Assembly: GCA_016296775.1 (NCBI GenBank)
Contig: JAEDIE010000002.1
Coordinates: 7,958-71,957 of the forward strand
Reading direction: 5' to 3'
DNA from: Bacilli bacterium
Lineage (GTDB): Bacteria > Bacillota_I > Bacilli_A > RFN20 > CAG-826
DNA: 64,000 nt
Shown: in pieces, positions 28,543 through 39,041 of the stretch
Layout: the number at the start of each line of letters is the position of its first letter
Position numbering within the stretch: position 1 is the stretch's first letter
Program-made: the position numbers and the translations under genes
The notes under the pieces: generated by a model
What the model saw: only the letters and a program-made list of their open reading frames with translations
What the model was told of the DNA's origin: nothing
The model's database searches: none

Positions 28543-28610
28543 AAAAAACATAAAATATTAATATATTTTAAATCTTTAAAATTGTTAGGCAAAATAGTAT
28601 TATTATTTAC

Positions 28611-29183
28611 ATGAAATTAATAGTTGGTTTAGGTAATCCTGGAAGAGAATATGCTCATACACGTCATAACATGGGATATGACGTAATAGATGCTTTTGCA
28701 TCTTCTTTAGGACACGATATTGATCGTGAAGGATTTAAGGGATTATATACTAGAGTTAAATATTTTAATGAAGATATAATTTTGTTAAAACCTACCACTT
28801 ATATGAATTTGAGTGGGGATTCCATAGTTTTATTGCTAAATTATTTTAAAATTGATGTTGAAGATATGATAGTAATTTATGATGATATGGATACCAAAAT
28901 TGGAAACATTAGACTTAAAATTAAAGGAAGTAGTGGTGGTCATAATGGTATTAAATCTATTATTAATAATTTAAAAACTGAAGAGTTTAAAAGGATAAGA
29001 GTTGGTATTGGAAAACCTGAATTTAATTCAATAGATTTTGTTCTTAGTAAACCTAGTGAAAGTGAACAAGAATTAATTGATAAAGCTATTAAAGATTCTG
29101 TAGATGCATTAAAGATTTCTATTAAAGAATCTTTCAATAAAGCAATGACTATTTATAACAAGGAGAACAAGATATTAAGTTAG
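28611..29183 (+). CDS. pth: Peptidyl-tRNA hydrolase
   Basis: 190 aa with MKLIVGLGNPG, TRHNMG and GGHNGIKS. Confidence 0.95.
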   Translation: MKLIVGLGNPGREYAHTRHNMGYDVIDAFASSLGHDIDREGFKGLYTRVKYFNEDIILLKPTTYMNLSGDSIVLLLNYFKIDVEDMIVIYDDMDTKIGNIRLKIKGSSGGHNGIKSIINNLKTEEFKRIRVGIGKPEFNSIDFVLSKPSESEQELIDKAIKDSVDALKISIKESFNKAMTIYNKENKILS

Positions 29184-29218
29184 TTGATTATTTAGTTTCA
29201 TCTATTAAAAATTACACC

Positions 29219-29248
29219 CCCCCTATTCATGAAAAAATAGGGTTTTTT
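29219..29248 (+). terminator. Terminator-like hairpin after pth, abutting the mfd start
   Basis: CCCTATT-catgaaaa-AATAGGG followed by TTTTTT. The GTG of mfd follows immediately. Confidence 0.5.
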
Positions 29249-32200
29249 GTGTCTGACCAATTAATAGGAACTACTTTATTAGCTTTAGAAAAATATAAAA
29301 ATAGCAAGGAAAACATAGTGATTTTTGTTTCAAATAACTATGAATTAAATAGATTAAAGTCTTCATTAGTCAATTTTATACCAAGTGAAGATTTAATTCT
29401 TTTTGAGTTAGATGAACTTATTAGAGTTGAATATATTTCTAGATCAAAAGAAATGAATGCACAAGAGTTATATTCTTTAAATTCTTTAATAGATGCTAAG
29501 CATAAACTTATTTTGTTAACTCCGGCTTCTATATATAGATTTTATCCAAAAAAAGAGTTATTTATTTCTAATTCTTTTAAAATTAAATTAAATGATTTAG
29601 TAAATATAAATGAATTTATAGATAGATTAGTTAAAGCAGGCTATTCAAAAGTAAATAAGATAGATCAATCTCTTCAATTTGCAAAAAGAGGAGACATCGT
29701 TGATGTATTTCCAATTAATTATAAAAACCCACTTAGAATTGAATTTTTCGATGATGAAGTTGAAAAAATTAAACAATTTGAAATAGCTAATCAATTATCT
29801 TTTAAGAATTTAGATGAGGTTCTAATTTTACCTGCTTCCACATTGATTTTAGATTCAAAAGAAAAGGAAAATAATAAGGATTTAATAGGGAATTTGAAAG
29901 AAAAAGCTATTAAAACACTATCTACAAACAGTAAACTTAACCTCGAAATCGAATGTGATAAATTATTAGAAGAAATTGATAATGGATATTTATCAAGCAA
30001 GAATTATAAATATTACGGATTATTAAACAAAAATTGTGATTCAGTACTTGATTATATATCTAATTATTCTTTAATTGTTTCTAATGAAAAAGAGTTTAAA
30101 TTATGTAAAGAAAGTATATTCAAAGAAGCAGAAGAATTTATGTCTGAACTTTGTTTAAATGGTAAAGCTTTACCTAATATTAAATACTTCTCTTCTAACG
30201 TGAAAGAAGTTGGAAATCCTACTAAAATTGATGTTTTAAACGAGTTTTATATTCATCAAGATTCTATAGAATTACCATTTAAAAAAGTTTCTTTTATAAC
30301 AAAACATATTAAGAATATAAATGCTTTAATTAGTGACTATTTAGATCTTAATTTTAAGATTGTGTGTTGTCTAAATGAAGAATATCAAATAAAGAAGGTT
30401 AAAGAATATCTAGGTTTTTCAGATATAGCATTTAATGAATATGATGAACTTGATTTTTCTACTCTAGGTGATGTCTCTATTTTACATACAAATTTATATG
30501 AAGGATTTGAAAATAGTAAGGAAAACATTGTGTTTTTGAGTTCTAATGAGCTTTTTGGTATTAAACATACAAAGAATAGATTCTTTTCAAAGTTTAAAGA
30601 AGGAACAGTTTTAAATAGTTATTTAGAGTTAAATAATGGAGATTATGTAGTCCATGAAACAAGAGGAATTGGGAAATTTTTAGAAATTACTACAATGCTT
30701 CAAGACGGAAAACATAAAGATTACTTAAAAATTCAATATGCAAACAACGAACACCTTTATGTTCCTTTATATCAATTTGATTTAGTAAGAAAGTATTCAG
30801 GTAAAGACGGTTACACTCCTCAATTATCTAGATTAACATCAAAAGAATGGGAAAAGAAAAAATCAAAAATTAAAGAAAAAATTAATGATTTAAGTGAAAG
30901 ACTCCTTAATCTTTATCAAGAAAGAAAAAATATACAAGGTTTTGCTTTTTCAAAAGATGACGAATTTCAAAAGGAATTTGAAGATAAGTTTGAATTTGAA
31001 TTAACTAATGATCAACTTCAATCTTTAGATGAAATTAAAGCTGATATGGAAGCCCCTTCTCCAATGGATAGATTATTATGTGGAGATGTAGGATTTGGTA
31101 AAACTGAAGTAGCCTTTAGGGCAGCTTTTAAAGCTATTTTAAGTGGGAAACAAGTTTGTTTATTATGTCCTACAACTGTCTTAGCTAAACAACATTTTGA
31201 AGTAGCTTTAGATAGATTTAAAGACTTTGGAGTCAATATAGTTCATTTATCTAGGTTAAATACAAATAAAGAAAACGAAGAATGCAAAAAACAGATTGCT
31301 TCAGGTAGTGCTGATTTTGTTATTGGAACACATAAAGTATTATCAAAATCAGTTCAATTTAAAAATTTAGGATTATTGATTATTGATGAAGAACAAAGAT
31401 TTGGTGTTGAGCAAAAAGAAAAAATAAAAGAACAATATAAAAACTTAGATGTTTTAACTTTATCAGCTACACCAATTCCAAGAACTTTACAATCTTCCTT
31501 GATCGGATTAAAATCCGTCTCCAATATTAAAACTGCTCCAAGAGAAAGAATGCCTATTCAAACATATGTAACTACATATGATCGAAATTTACTTAGAGAC
31601 ATTATTAAAAGAGAACTAGCAAGAGAAGGACAAATTTATTTTGTTTATAATTACATTGACTCTATTTATAACATGGCTTCTATTATTCAACAAATGATAC
31701 CAGGTATAAGAATAGGTGTAATTCATGGAAGATTAGAAAAATCTCAAATTGATGAAGTAATGAATGATTTTTATAATCATGATATAGATTTATTATGTTC
31801 TACATCAATCATTGAAAACGGAATTGATGTTAAAAATGCAAATTTAATTATTGTTTTTGATGCAGATCATTTTGGATTATCTCAGCTTTATCAAATAAAA
31901 GGAAGAGTTGGTAGAGGAGATAGATTAGCTTTCGCTTATTTAATGATTAGAGAAGAAAAACAAATAACAGAGGATGCTAAAAAGAGATTAAAATCAATTC
32001 AAGATTTTACTGAATTAGGAAGCGGATATAAAATTTCTCAAAGAGATTTGTTAATTAGAGGAGCTGGAGATATTTTAGGTCCTCAACAATCCGGTTTTAT
32101 TGATGAAATTGGCATTGATTTATATTTAAAAATATTAAAAGAGACAATTGAAGAAAAAAAGAGTGGTAAACCTGTTTTAGAATATTTACCTATATTTTCT

Positions 32201-32668
32201 AATCTAAATATTGATGCTTATATACCATCAAGTTATGTTAACGACGATAGTAAATTAGAAATTTATCAAAGAATATTAGGAGCTAAAAGTAAATCTGATT
32301 TATTAAAAATTAAAGAAGAAATTAGAGATATTTATGGAGTAATTCCTGAAAGTGTAAATTTATTATTTGAAAAAAGAAAAATTGATATTTCATTAGAAAA
32401 TCAGTGTGTTTTTGAATCTTTAAAAGATGAAGCACAAGTTGTTATTTTAACTTTATCAACATTTTTTAGTTCTATTGATGGAATAGGATCTCAACTATTT
32501 ACTGGTTTAATATCTTTAGTAAATGTTATTAAGATTACATATACCAACAAGAGATTAGTGCTTAGAATTTATAAACGAAATAACTGGGTAAATATATTAA
32601 ATACAGTATTAGAAACTTGTGAAAATTTATATAATAAAAATACTAAGAAGGAAATATATGAGGATTGA
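29249..32668 (+). CDS. mfd: Transcription-repair coupling factor (start uncertain)
   Basis: 1139 aa with a UvrB-like N-terminal region, the RNAP-interacting domain, the SF2 helicase motifs GDVGFGKTEVA, DEEQRFG and QLYQIKGRVGRG, and a TRCF C-terminus. Confidence 0.95.
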   Translation: MSDQLIGTTLLALEKYKNSKENIVIFVSNNYELNRLKSSLVNFIPSEDLILFELDELIRVEYISRSKEMNAQELYSLNSLIDAKHKLILLTPASIYRFYPKKELFISNSFKIKLNDLVNINEFIDRLVKAGYSKVNKIDQSLQFAKRGDIVDVFPINYKNPLRIEFFDDEVEKIKQFEIANQLSFKNLDEVLILPASTLILDSKEKENNKDLIGNLKEKAIKTLSTNSKLNLEIECDKLLEEIDNGYLSSKNYKYYGLLNKNCDSVLDYISNYSLIVSNEKEFKLCKESIFKEAEEFMSELCLNGKALPNIKYFSSNVKEVGNPTKIDVLNEFYIHQDSIELPFKKVSFITKHIKNINALISDYLDLNFKIVCCLNEEYQIKKVKEYLGFSDIAFNEYDELDFSTLGDVSILHTNLYEGFENSKENIVFLSSNELFGIKHTKNRFFSKFKEGTVLNSYLELNNGDYVVHETRGIGKFLEITTMLQDGKHKDYLKIQYANNEHLYVPLYQFDLVRKYSGKDGYTPQLSRLTSKEWEKKKSKIKEKINDLSERLLNLYQERKNIQGFAFSKDDEFQKEFEDKFEFELTNDQLQSLDEIKADMEAPSPMDRLLCGDVGFGKTEVAFRAAFKAILSGKQVCLLCPTTVLAKQHFEVALDRFKDFGVNIVHLSRLNTNKENEECKKQIASGSADFVIGTHKVLSKSVQFKNLGLLIIDEEQRFGVEQKEKIKEQYKNLDVLTLSATPIPRTLQSSLIGLKSVSNIKTAPRERMPIQTYVTTYDRNLLRDIIKRELAREGQIYFVYNYIDSIYNMASIIQQMIPGIRIGVIHGRLEKSQIDEVMNDFYNHDIDLLCSTSIIENGIDVKNANLIIVFDADHFGLSQLYQIKGRVGRGDRLAFAYLMIREEKQITEDAKKRLKSIQDFTELGSGYKISQRDLLIRGAGDILGPQQSGFIDEIGIDLYLKILKETIEEKKSGKPVLEYLPIFSNLNIDAYIPSSYVNDDSKLEIYQRILGAKSKSDLLKIKEEIRDIYGVIPESVNLLFEKRKIDISLENQCVFESLKDEAQVVILTLSTFFSSIDGIGSQLFTGLISLVNVIKITYTNKRLVLRIYKRNNWVNILNTVLETCENLYNKNTKKEIYED

Positions 32669-32933
32669 TAAATATTTAAAAGTTACTAGATTAATTAAAA
32701 GAAGAACTGCAGCTAAAGAATTATTAGATAGAGGTATATTTTCTATTAATGGAAAAGTAGCTAAGCCATCAAGTGAAATTAAGGAAAATGACATTCTAGT
32801 TTTACCTTTAGGAAGACATTTATTAACAGTCAAAGTTTTAAGATGTTTAGAACATGCCAACAAAGAACAAGCAAATGGAATGTATGAAATAATAGAGGAT
32901 AAAATTATTAGTGAAACTGAAATTACCTATTAA
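32658..32933 (+). CDS. rqcP: S4-domain ribosome quality control protein (YabO/RqcP, Hsp15-like)
   Basis: MRIDKYLKVTRLIKRRTAAKELLDRG... closely resembles B. subtilis YabO. The start is set at the internal ATG with an AGAAGGA RBS. Confidence 0.85.
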   Translation: MRIDKYLKVTRLIKRRTAAKELLDRGIFSINGKVAKPSSEIKENDILVLPLGRHLLTVKVLRCLEHANKEQANGMYEIIEDKIISETEITY

Positions 32934-34146
32934 TAAAAAGTATATTGTTGGAGTAAGTTATGGGCCTGATTCAATGGCTCTTTTAAGCATGATGATTCAA
33001 AAAAACTACTGTTTTGCAGTCTCTTTTGTAAATTATCATCTTAGAGACGAATCAAATTTTGAACAAAAAAAGTTAATAGAATTCTTAAAAATAAATAAAA
33101 TTAAGTACTATATAAAAGAAGTAAATTATGATAATGGTAATAAAAATATTGAAGCTTGGGCAAGAGATATTAGATATTCATTTTTTAAGGAAATTTGCAA
33201 AAAAGAATCTACAAACAATATAGTTATTGCTCATAATGAAGATGATTTGATAGAGACCTATTTAATCCAAAAAAAGAGAAACAGCATAGTTTCTCGTTAT
33301 GGTCTTCAATATACATATGAAGAGAATGGATACAATTTTTATAGACCATTATTAGGTTATTCAAAAAAGGAACTTTTAGAATATTGTGGTGAAAACAATA
33401 TTCCTTATAACATTGATAAATCAAATTTTGATACAAAATATTTAAGAAATAAATTGAGAATTAATTATGTTTCAAAGTTATCGAAAGAAGAAAGAGATTT
33501 AATTAAAAAAGAAATTACAAAAGAAAACAATAAACTAAAAAGAACACTTTTAAAAATTAAACCTTTAATAGAAAATACTGTAATTTTACAAAAAGAAATT
33601 CTTAATTTAAAGGTGGATGATTTTAACTTATTGATAGCTCAAAAATTAAAAAGAGTTGAGATTTCATATGGTTTTTCAAAAAAATTTGCCCTGGACATTT
33701 ATGAAAAAATAAAAAATGATATAAATTTTGAATTTAAAAATGAATATTTTTCTATTTGTTATAGCTATAAAAAATTCTTAATTTATCAAAGTTATCCTCT
33801 TGAATACAATTATTTAATTTCAAATTTAAAAGATAATGACGTTTTTAAAATTAATAAAGAATCAAAATACTTTTCGTTGATTAGTGAAAAAGGAGCTTAT
33901 ATTAAAAGCGTATCAAAAGATGATTATTTTTGTTTAAACGGAATTAATAAAAAGGTTTCAAGAATGTTCATAGATCAACATGCTCCAAAATATTTAAGAA
34001 GTATTTGGCCAGGTATTTATGATATTAGTAATAAATTGATTTATACACCTCATTATCAAGAAGGCTTTGAAGGCAAGAAAGAATCAGTCTTAGATTTTGA
34101 CCTTGAAGAACTTATAAAGTGTTTTTTACTTTATAAAATAAAGTAG
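32911..34146 (+). CDS. tilS: tRNA(Ile)-lysidine synthetase
   Basis: 411 aa with the PP-loop VGVSYGPDSMAL. It sits upstream of ftsH as in Firmicutes, and has a GTG start. Confidence 0.88.
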   Translation: MKLKLPINKKYIVGVSYGPDSMALLSMMIQKNYCFAVSFVNYHLRDESNFEQKKLIEFLKINKIKYYIKEVNYDNGNKNIEAWARDIRYSFFKEICKKESTNNIVIAHNEDDLIETYLIQKKRNSIVSRYGLQYTYEENGYNFYRPLLGYSKKELLEYCGENNIPYNIDKSNFDTKYLRNKLRINYVSKLSKEERDLIKKEITKENNKLKRTLLKIKPLIENTVILQKEILNLKVDDFNLLIAQKLKRVEISYGFSKKFALDIYEKIKNDINFEFKNEYFSICYSYKKFLIYQSYPLEYNYLISNLKDNDVFKINKESKYFSLISEKGAYIKSVSKDDYFCLNGINKKVSRMFIDQHAPKYLRSIWPGIYDISNKLIYTPHYQEGFEGKKESVLDFDLEELIKCFLLYKIK

Positions 34147-34185
34147 TTATTGTAAAATTAACGTTAACGAAAGGAGTAGCTGTTT

Positions 34186-36315
34186 ATGAAAGAAAAAAAG
34201 CCTATATGGCGTTCAGTTGTTGTCTGGATTATTATACTCGGTGTCTTGGGTGTAATATCGTTTTTTGTTATTACAAATCTTGTTGATCAAAAATACATTT
34301 CCTTATCTACTTCTCAATTCGAAACAAAACTTTATGAGCCAAGTGCTGGCTTAGAAGATAGTAATGATTTTATCATTTACAATTATTCGACTGTAGAGGA
34401 CGGAAATAAAGTAGATGTAAAAGTTGCAGCTGCATCAAAGCAAAGCGATGATAGTTATAAACTAGAATTTTATGAAATTTCTACAACTCACGATCATTAT
34501 TATGGTGATAATAAAGTTTGGACTAACGGATACGCAAATGCTAGTTTAACTATTGACCAAGCTTTAAGTAAAGAAGTTGTTGCCGCCAAGTCTATTACCG
34601 ATCCTAACTTTGTTGAAAAAATTAATAATAAGAATATTTATGGTAATGTAAGTCAATATCAACAAAACTGGTTTGTTTCTTGGTTACCAACAATTATAAC
34701 TGTTGTTGCTTTTGTTTTACTTGGATTCTTCTTCTTTAGGATGTTATCTTCAGTTGGTGGATCTAATAGTAAAGCTATGGATTTTAATAAATCCACTGCA
34801 AGAAAAGTTGATGATTCAAGAGTTAGATTCTCTGATGTTGCCGGATGTGACGAAGAGAAAGCCGAAATGGTTGAATTAGTTGATTATTTAAAAGATCCTA
34901 AAAAATTCACAAAATTTGGTGCTAAATTACCAAAAGGTGTTTTATTGGTTGGTCCTCCAGGAACTGGTAAAACTTTGCTTGCTAAAGCTGTTGCTGGTGA
35001 AGCGAAAGTACCATTCTTCTCAATTTCAGGTTCTGATTTTGTTGAAATGTTTGTTGGTGTAGGTGCAGGTAGAGTAAGAGACTTATTTAAAAACGCTAAA
35101 CAAAATGCTCCATGCATTGTTTTTATCGATGAAATTGATGCTGTTGGAAGACAAAGAGGCGCTGGATTAGGTGGTGGAAACGACGAAAGAGAACAAACAT
35201 TAAATCAACTTCTTGTTGAATTAGATGGTTTTGAAGAAAATTCTGGAATTATTGTTATTGCTGCTACAAATAGAGACGATGTTCTCGATCCTGCTTTATT
35301 AAGAGCTGGACGTTTTGATAGACAAATTACAGTTAATTTACCTGATAGAAAAGGTAGAGAAGCTATATTAAGAGTTCATGCTAAAAATAAACATCTTGAA
35401 CCTTCAATTGATTTTGCTCAATTGGCAAAAAGAACAGTTGGATTTAGTGGAGCTGATTTAGCAAACATACTTAATGAAGCCGCTATTCTTGCTGTAAGAG
35501 GTAAGAGAGAATTAATTTCAATGGCTGATATTGATGAAGCTATTGATAGAAGAATTGCTGGTCCTGCTAAATCTAGCAAAGGTTTAAATAGCAAAGAAAG
35601 AGAAATGGTAGCTTACCATGAATCTGGACATGCAATTATTGGTTTAACTTTAGAACATGCTGATAAGGTAAGAAAAATCACTATTATTCCTCGTGGAAGA
35701 ACTGGAGGTCACGTCTTAATGGGTCCTGAAGACGACAGATTCTTAGTTACAAAGAACGAATTAGAAGCCGAAATCGTAGGTTTACTTGGTGGTAGAACAA
35801 GTGAAGAAATCTTCTTTGAAGATGTTTCAACTGGTGCAAGTAATGACATTGAACGTGCTACATTAATTGCTCGTAGTATGGTTGTTGAATATGGTATGTC
35901 TAGCTTAGGTCCTATTCAATATGAAAAAGATGCTGGTAGTGTCTTCTTAGGAAGAGATTATACTAATTCACAAAAGAATTTCTCAGCCGGAGTTGCTGAT
36001 GAAATTGATAAAGAAATTAGAAAAATCATTGAAAAAGCACATGATGAAGCAACTAGAATTATTACTGAAAGAAAAGAAGATGTAATTTTAATTGCTAAAA
36101 CTTTACTTGAATACGAAACAATTAATGAAGAAGAAATTGATTATCTTTTAAAGAATAGAGAAATGCCAAAAGAAACTGTAAAACAAAGAGATACAGCTAT
36201 GTCTATGGCAAGTGAAGAAATGAAAAAGAAAATTTCTAGTGATTCATTAATTAATGAAGAAAAGAAAGGCGAAGAAAAGCCTTCAACTGAAGAAGTTGAA
36301 GAAAAGAAAGAATAA
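34186..36315 (+). CDS. ftsH: ATP-dependent zinc metalloprotease FtsH
   Basis: 709 aa with two TM segments, the AAA motif [13 protein letters not shown], the SRH region, and the zinc motif HESGHA. Confidence 0.97.
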   Translation: MKEKKPIWRSVVVWIIILGVLGVISFFVITNLVDQKYISLSTSQFETKLYEPSAGLEDSNDFIIYNYSTVEDGNKVDVKVAAASKQSDDSYKLEFYEISTTHDHYYGDNKVWTNGYANASLTIDQALSKEVVAAKSITDPNFVEKINNKNIYGNVSQYQQNWFVSWLPTIITVVAFVLLGFFFFRMLSSVGGSNSKAMDFNKSTARKVDDSRVRFSDVAGCDEEKAEMVELVDYLKDPKKFTKFGAKLPKGVLLVGPPGTGKTLLAKAVAGEAKVPFFSISGSDFVEMFVGVGAGRVRDLFKNAKQNAPCIVFIDEIDAVGRQRGAGLGGGNDEREQTLNQLLVELDGFEENSGIIVIAATNRDDVLDPALLRAGRFDRQITVNLPDRKGREAILRVHAKNKHLEPSIDFAQLAKRTVGFSGADLANILNEAAILAVRGKRELISMADIDEAIDRRIAGPAKSSKGLNSKEREMVAYHESGHAIIGLTLEHADKVRKITIIPRGRTGGHVLMGPEDDRFLVTKNELEAEIVGLLGGRTSEEIFFEDVSTGASNDIERATLIARSMVVEYGMSSLGPIQYEKDAGSVFLGRDYTNSQKNFSAGVADEIDKEIRKIIEKAHDEATRIITERKEDVILIAKTLLEYETINEEEIDYLLKNREMPKETVKQRDTAMSMASEEMKKKISSDSLINEEKKGEEKPSTEEVEEKKE

Positions 36316-37292
36316 TGTCTTTCTATATTGGAAACGTATTAATTAATAAGAGAGTTATCCTTGCACCAATGGCAGGGATAACCTCTTTTTCATATCGTAA
36401 ATTCGTGAATAAATTTGGATGCGGTTTAACCTATTCTGAAATGATTAGTGATTGTGGATTAATTTATGGGAATGAAGGAACTTTTGAATTATTAAAGAGT
36501 GATGGAAGCGATAGACCACTTGCTATTCAATTATTTGGAGGAAGCAAAGAGACTATTTTAAAAGGGTTACAAAAATTGAATTCACTTGACATTTCATATG
36601 ATATTTTAGATTTAAACCTTGCTTGTCCTGTACCAAAAGTTACTAAAAATAATGGAGGCAGCAGCTGGTTAAAAGATCAAGAAAAACTTTACGATATGGT
36701 TAAAGCTGTTGTAGAAAATAGTCCTAAACCAGTCTCATGCAAAATAAGATTAGGTTATAACGATGTTAATGTATATGAAACATGTAAGACACTAGAAAAA
36801 GCTGGTTGTAAGTTTATTGCAATTCATTGTAGAACAAAAAAACAATTATATTCAGGTCTTCCAGATTTTACTCAAATTAAAGATTTAAAAAATATTGTAT
36901 CTATTCCTTTTTGTGTAAGCGGCAACATTTATACTGTAAAAGATGCCTTAAATGCTTTAGAAATTACTAACGCTGATGCTGTTATGGTAGCAAGAGGAGG
37001 AATAGGTAACCCAAATTTAATAACAAACATTAATAAAGCTTTAGACAATTTAGAGTATGATGAATCAAAGAATTTAAATGAACAATTAGATTATTTAAAA
37101 GAGTTTTCAACATATTTGATCGAAGAATATGGAGAAATCAAAGCAATTAGAATGTTAAGAGGCATAGGTATTAAATTCTTAGATGGTATACCTGATATGA
37201 AAAAATATAAAAATAAAATTAGTCAAGAAACAGTGACTAAACAAGATTTACACAAAATAATTGAAGAAATTAGACAAAATTATATAAATTAA
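36315..37292 (+). CDS. dusB: tRNA-dihydrouridine synthase
   Basis: 325 aa with LAPMAGIT, DLNLACPV and a TIM-barrel Dus pattern. It sits next to lysS as in Bacillus. Confidence 0.9.
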   Translation: MSFYIGNVLINKRVILAPMAGITSFSYRKFVNKFGCGLTYSEMISDCGLIYGNEGTFELLKSDGSDRPLAIQLFGGSKETILKGLQKLNSLDISYDILDLNLACPVPKVTKNNGGSSWLKDQEKLYDMVKAVVENSPKPVSCKIRLGYNDVNVYETCKTLEKAGCKFIAIHCRTKKQLYSGLPDFTQIKDLKNIVSIPFCVSGNIYTVKDALNALEITNADAVMVARGGIGNPNLITNINKALDNLEYDESKNLNEQLDYLKEFSTYLIEEYGEIKAIRMLRGIGIKFLDGIPDMKKYKNKISQETVTKQDLHKIIEEIRQNYIN

Positions 37293-37349
37293 CTTAAAAA
37301 TATAATGATTTTAATATAGAATATTAAATGCATTTGTGAGGTGATAAAA

Positions 37350-38876
37350 ATGGAAATTAATGAAAACGGCATTATTATTGAAAGATTTAGTGACGAAAAG
37401 TTAACTGATCAAGAATTAGCAAGAAGAGAAAAGCTTAAAAAGTTAGAGGAATTAGGTGTTTATCCTTGGGGAGAAAAGTTTGAACGTACACATAATTCTT
37501 TAACTTGTAGAGAACTTGCTAAAGAAAAAACTGAAGAAGAATTAGAAGCTAACCCTATTAATGTTAAAATTGCAGGAAGAATTTTATTACTTAGAAGAAA
37601 AGGTAAAGCTGCTTTCTTTAACATCAAAGATAAAGAAGGAAATATGCAAGGTTATATTTCTATTGATACTGTTGGCGAAGCTCAATATGAAGTTTTTAAA
37701 TTAACTGATATTGGCGATATCGTAGGTCTTGAAGGAAGATTAATGTTAACAAGAACTGGTGAATTAACAATTAGAGTTGAAAAATTCACTTATTTAACAA
37801 AAGCTTTAAAACCATTACCTGAAAAATATCATGGTTTAACCGATATTGAAGAAAGATATAGACAAAGATATTTAGACTTAATTACAAATGATGAATCAAA
37901 AAGAGTCGCACTTTTAAGACCAAAAATTATTAGAAGTATGCAACATTATTTTGATGAAAAAGGTTTTGTTGAAGTCGAAACAAGTGTCCTTCAACCAATA
38001 CTAGGTGGAGCTAATGCTAGACCATTTATTACTCATCACAATACCTTAAATAAAGATTTCTATCTTAGAATTGCTACAGAGTTACAATTAAAGAGATTAA
38101 TTGTTGGTGGACTTGAAAAAGTATATGAATTCGGCCGTCTTTTTAGAAATGAAGGCATGGATACAAAACATAATCCAGAGTTTACTACAGTTGAATTATA
38201 TGAAGCATATGGCGATTTAGATTCAATGAGACAATTAATAGAAGGATTAATTAGAAATACATGTTTAGAATGTTTAGGTACAACAAAAATTAATTATCAA
38301 GGAATTGATATTGATTTTGGTCCTGAGTTTAAATGGGTTTCAATGGCTGAATTAGTAAAAGAAAAATTAGGAATTGATTTTGAAAGAAATGATTTAACTT
38401 TTGAAGAAGCTAAAGAATTTGCAATTTCAAAAGGTATCAAAGTTGAAACACATTGGACAAGTAATGGTTATATTTTAAATGCTTTATTTGAAGAATTCTG
38501 TGAACAAGATTTAATTCAACCTACATTTGTTCATGGACACCCAATTGAAATTTCTCCATTAACTAAAAAGTCAAAAGACCCAAGATTTACCGAAAGATTT
38601 GAGTTATATATGAATTGCACTGAATATTGCAATGCATACAGTGAGTTAAATGACCCATTCGATCAAAAAGAAAGATTTGAAGCTCAATTGAGAGCAAAAG
38701 AATTGGGTGATGATGAAGCTAATGAAATGGATTATGATTTCTTAAATGCTTTAAATTACGGAATGCCTCCAACTGGTGGTGTAGGTTTAGGTGTAGATAG
38801 ATTTGTTATGCTTTTAACAAACAGCGCATCTATTAGGGATGTAATTTTATTCCCAACAATGAAAGATAGAAAATAA
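37350..38876 (+). CDS. lysS: Lysyl-tRNA synthetase, class II
   Basis: Has an OB-fold N-domain and class II motifs (FRNEG, GGVGLGVDR). The ATG at 37350, with a GAGGTG RBS, is preferred over the GTG at 37341. Confidence 0.96.
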   Translation: MEINENGIIIERFSDEKLTDQELARREKLKKLEELGVYPWGEKFERTHNSLTCRELAKEKTEEELEANPINVKIAGRILLLRRKGKAAFFNIKDKEGNMQGYISIDTVGEAQYEVFKLTDIGDIVGLEGRLMLTRTGELTIRVEKFTYLTKALKPLPEKYHGLTDIEERYRQRYLDLITNDESKRVALLRPKIIRSMQHYFDEKGFVEVETSVLQPILGGANARPFITHHNTLNKDFYLRIATELQLKRLIVGGLEKVYEFGRLFRNEGMDTKHNPEFTTVELYEAYGDLDSMRQLIEGLIRNTCLECLGTTKINYQGIDIDFGPEFKWVSMAELVKEKLGIDFERNDLTFEEAKEFAISKGIKVETHWTSNGYILNALFEEFCEQDLIQPTFVHGHPIEISPLTKKSKDPRFTERFELYMNCTEYCNAYSELNDPFDQKERFEAQLRAKELGDDEANEMDYDFLNALNYGMPPTGGVGLGVDRFVMLLTNSASIRDVILFPTMKDRK

Positions 38877-38906
38877 TATTTTCTAGTTTAAAATTTTTAA
38901 AAAATG

Positions 38907-38933
38907 GCGTCTTGTATAATGAAGACGCTTTTT
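38907..38933 (+). terminator. Rho-independent terminator after lysS
   Basis: GCGTCTT-gtataatg-AAGACGC followed by TTTTT. Confidence 0.75.
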
Positions 38934-38934
38934 C

Positions 38935-38963
38935 TTTACAAATTATATAAATTTCGATAAAAT
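38935..38963 (+). promoter_or_regulatory. Candidate rpsF operon promoter
   Basis: TTTACA (38935-38940), a 17 nt spacer, then TAAAAT (38958-38963). Confidence 0.5.
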
Positions 38964-39041
38964 ATTTGAGCATTAAAGCATTCTTCTCTTCTCAAACAAA
39001 ATTATAGGTTTGAGACGAAGTCCAAAGGGAGGTTAAAAGGT
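38964..39041 (+). promoter_or_regulatory. Structured 5' leader of rpsF-ssb-rpsR (possible S6:S18 autoregulatory element)
   Basis: TTTGAG occurs twice and can pair alternatively with CTCAAA. The 8 bp helix TCTCAAAC/GTTTGAGA is followed by a bulged CG just upstream of the GGGAGG SD. Confidence 0.3.

Noticed and set aside
34157-34170. The palindrome TTAACGTTAA upstream of ftsH, superficially similar to the core of the LacI operator at 41150
   Set aside because: It is only 10 bp, lacks the outer TTGC/GCAA arms, and precedes a housekeeping gene. It is most likely coincidental.
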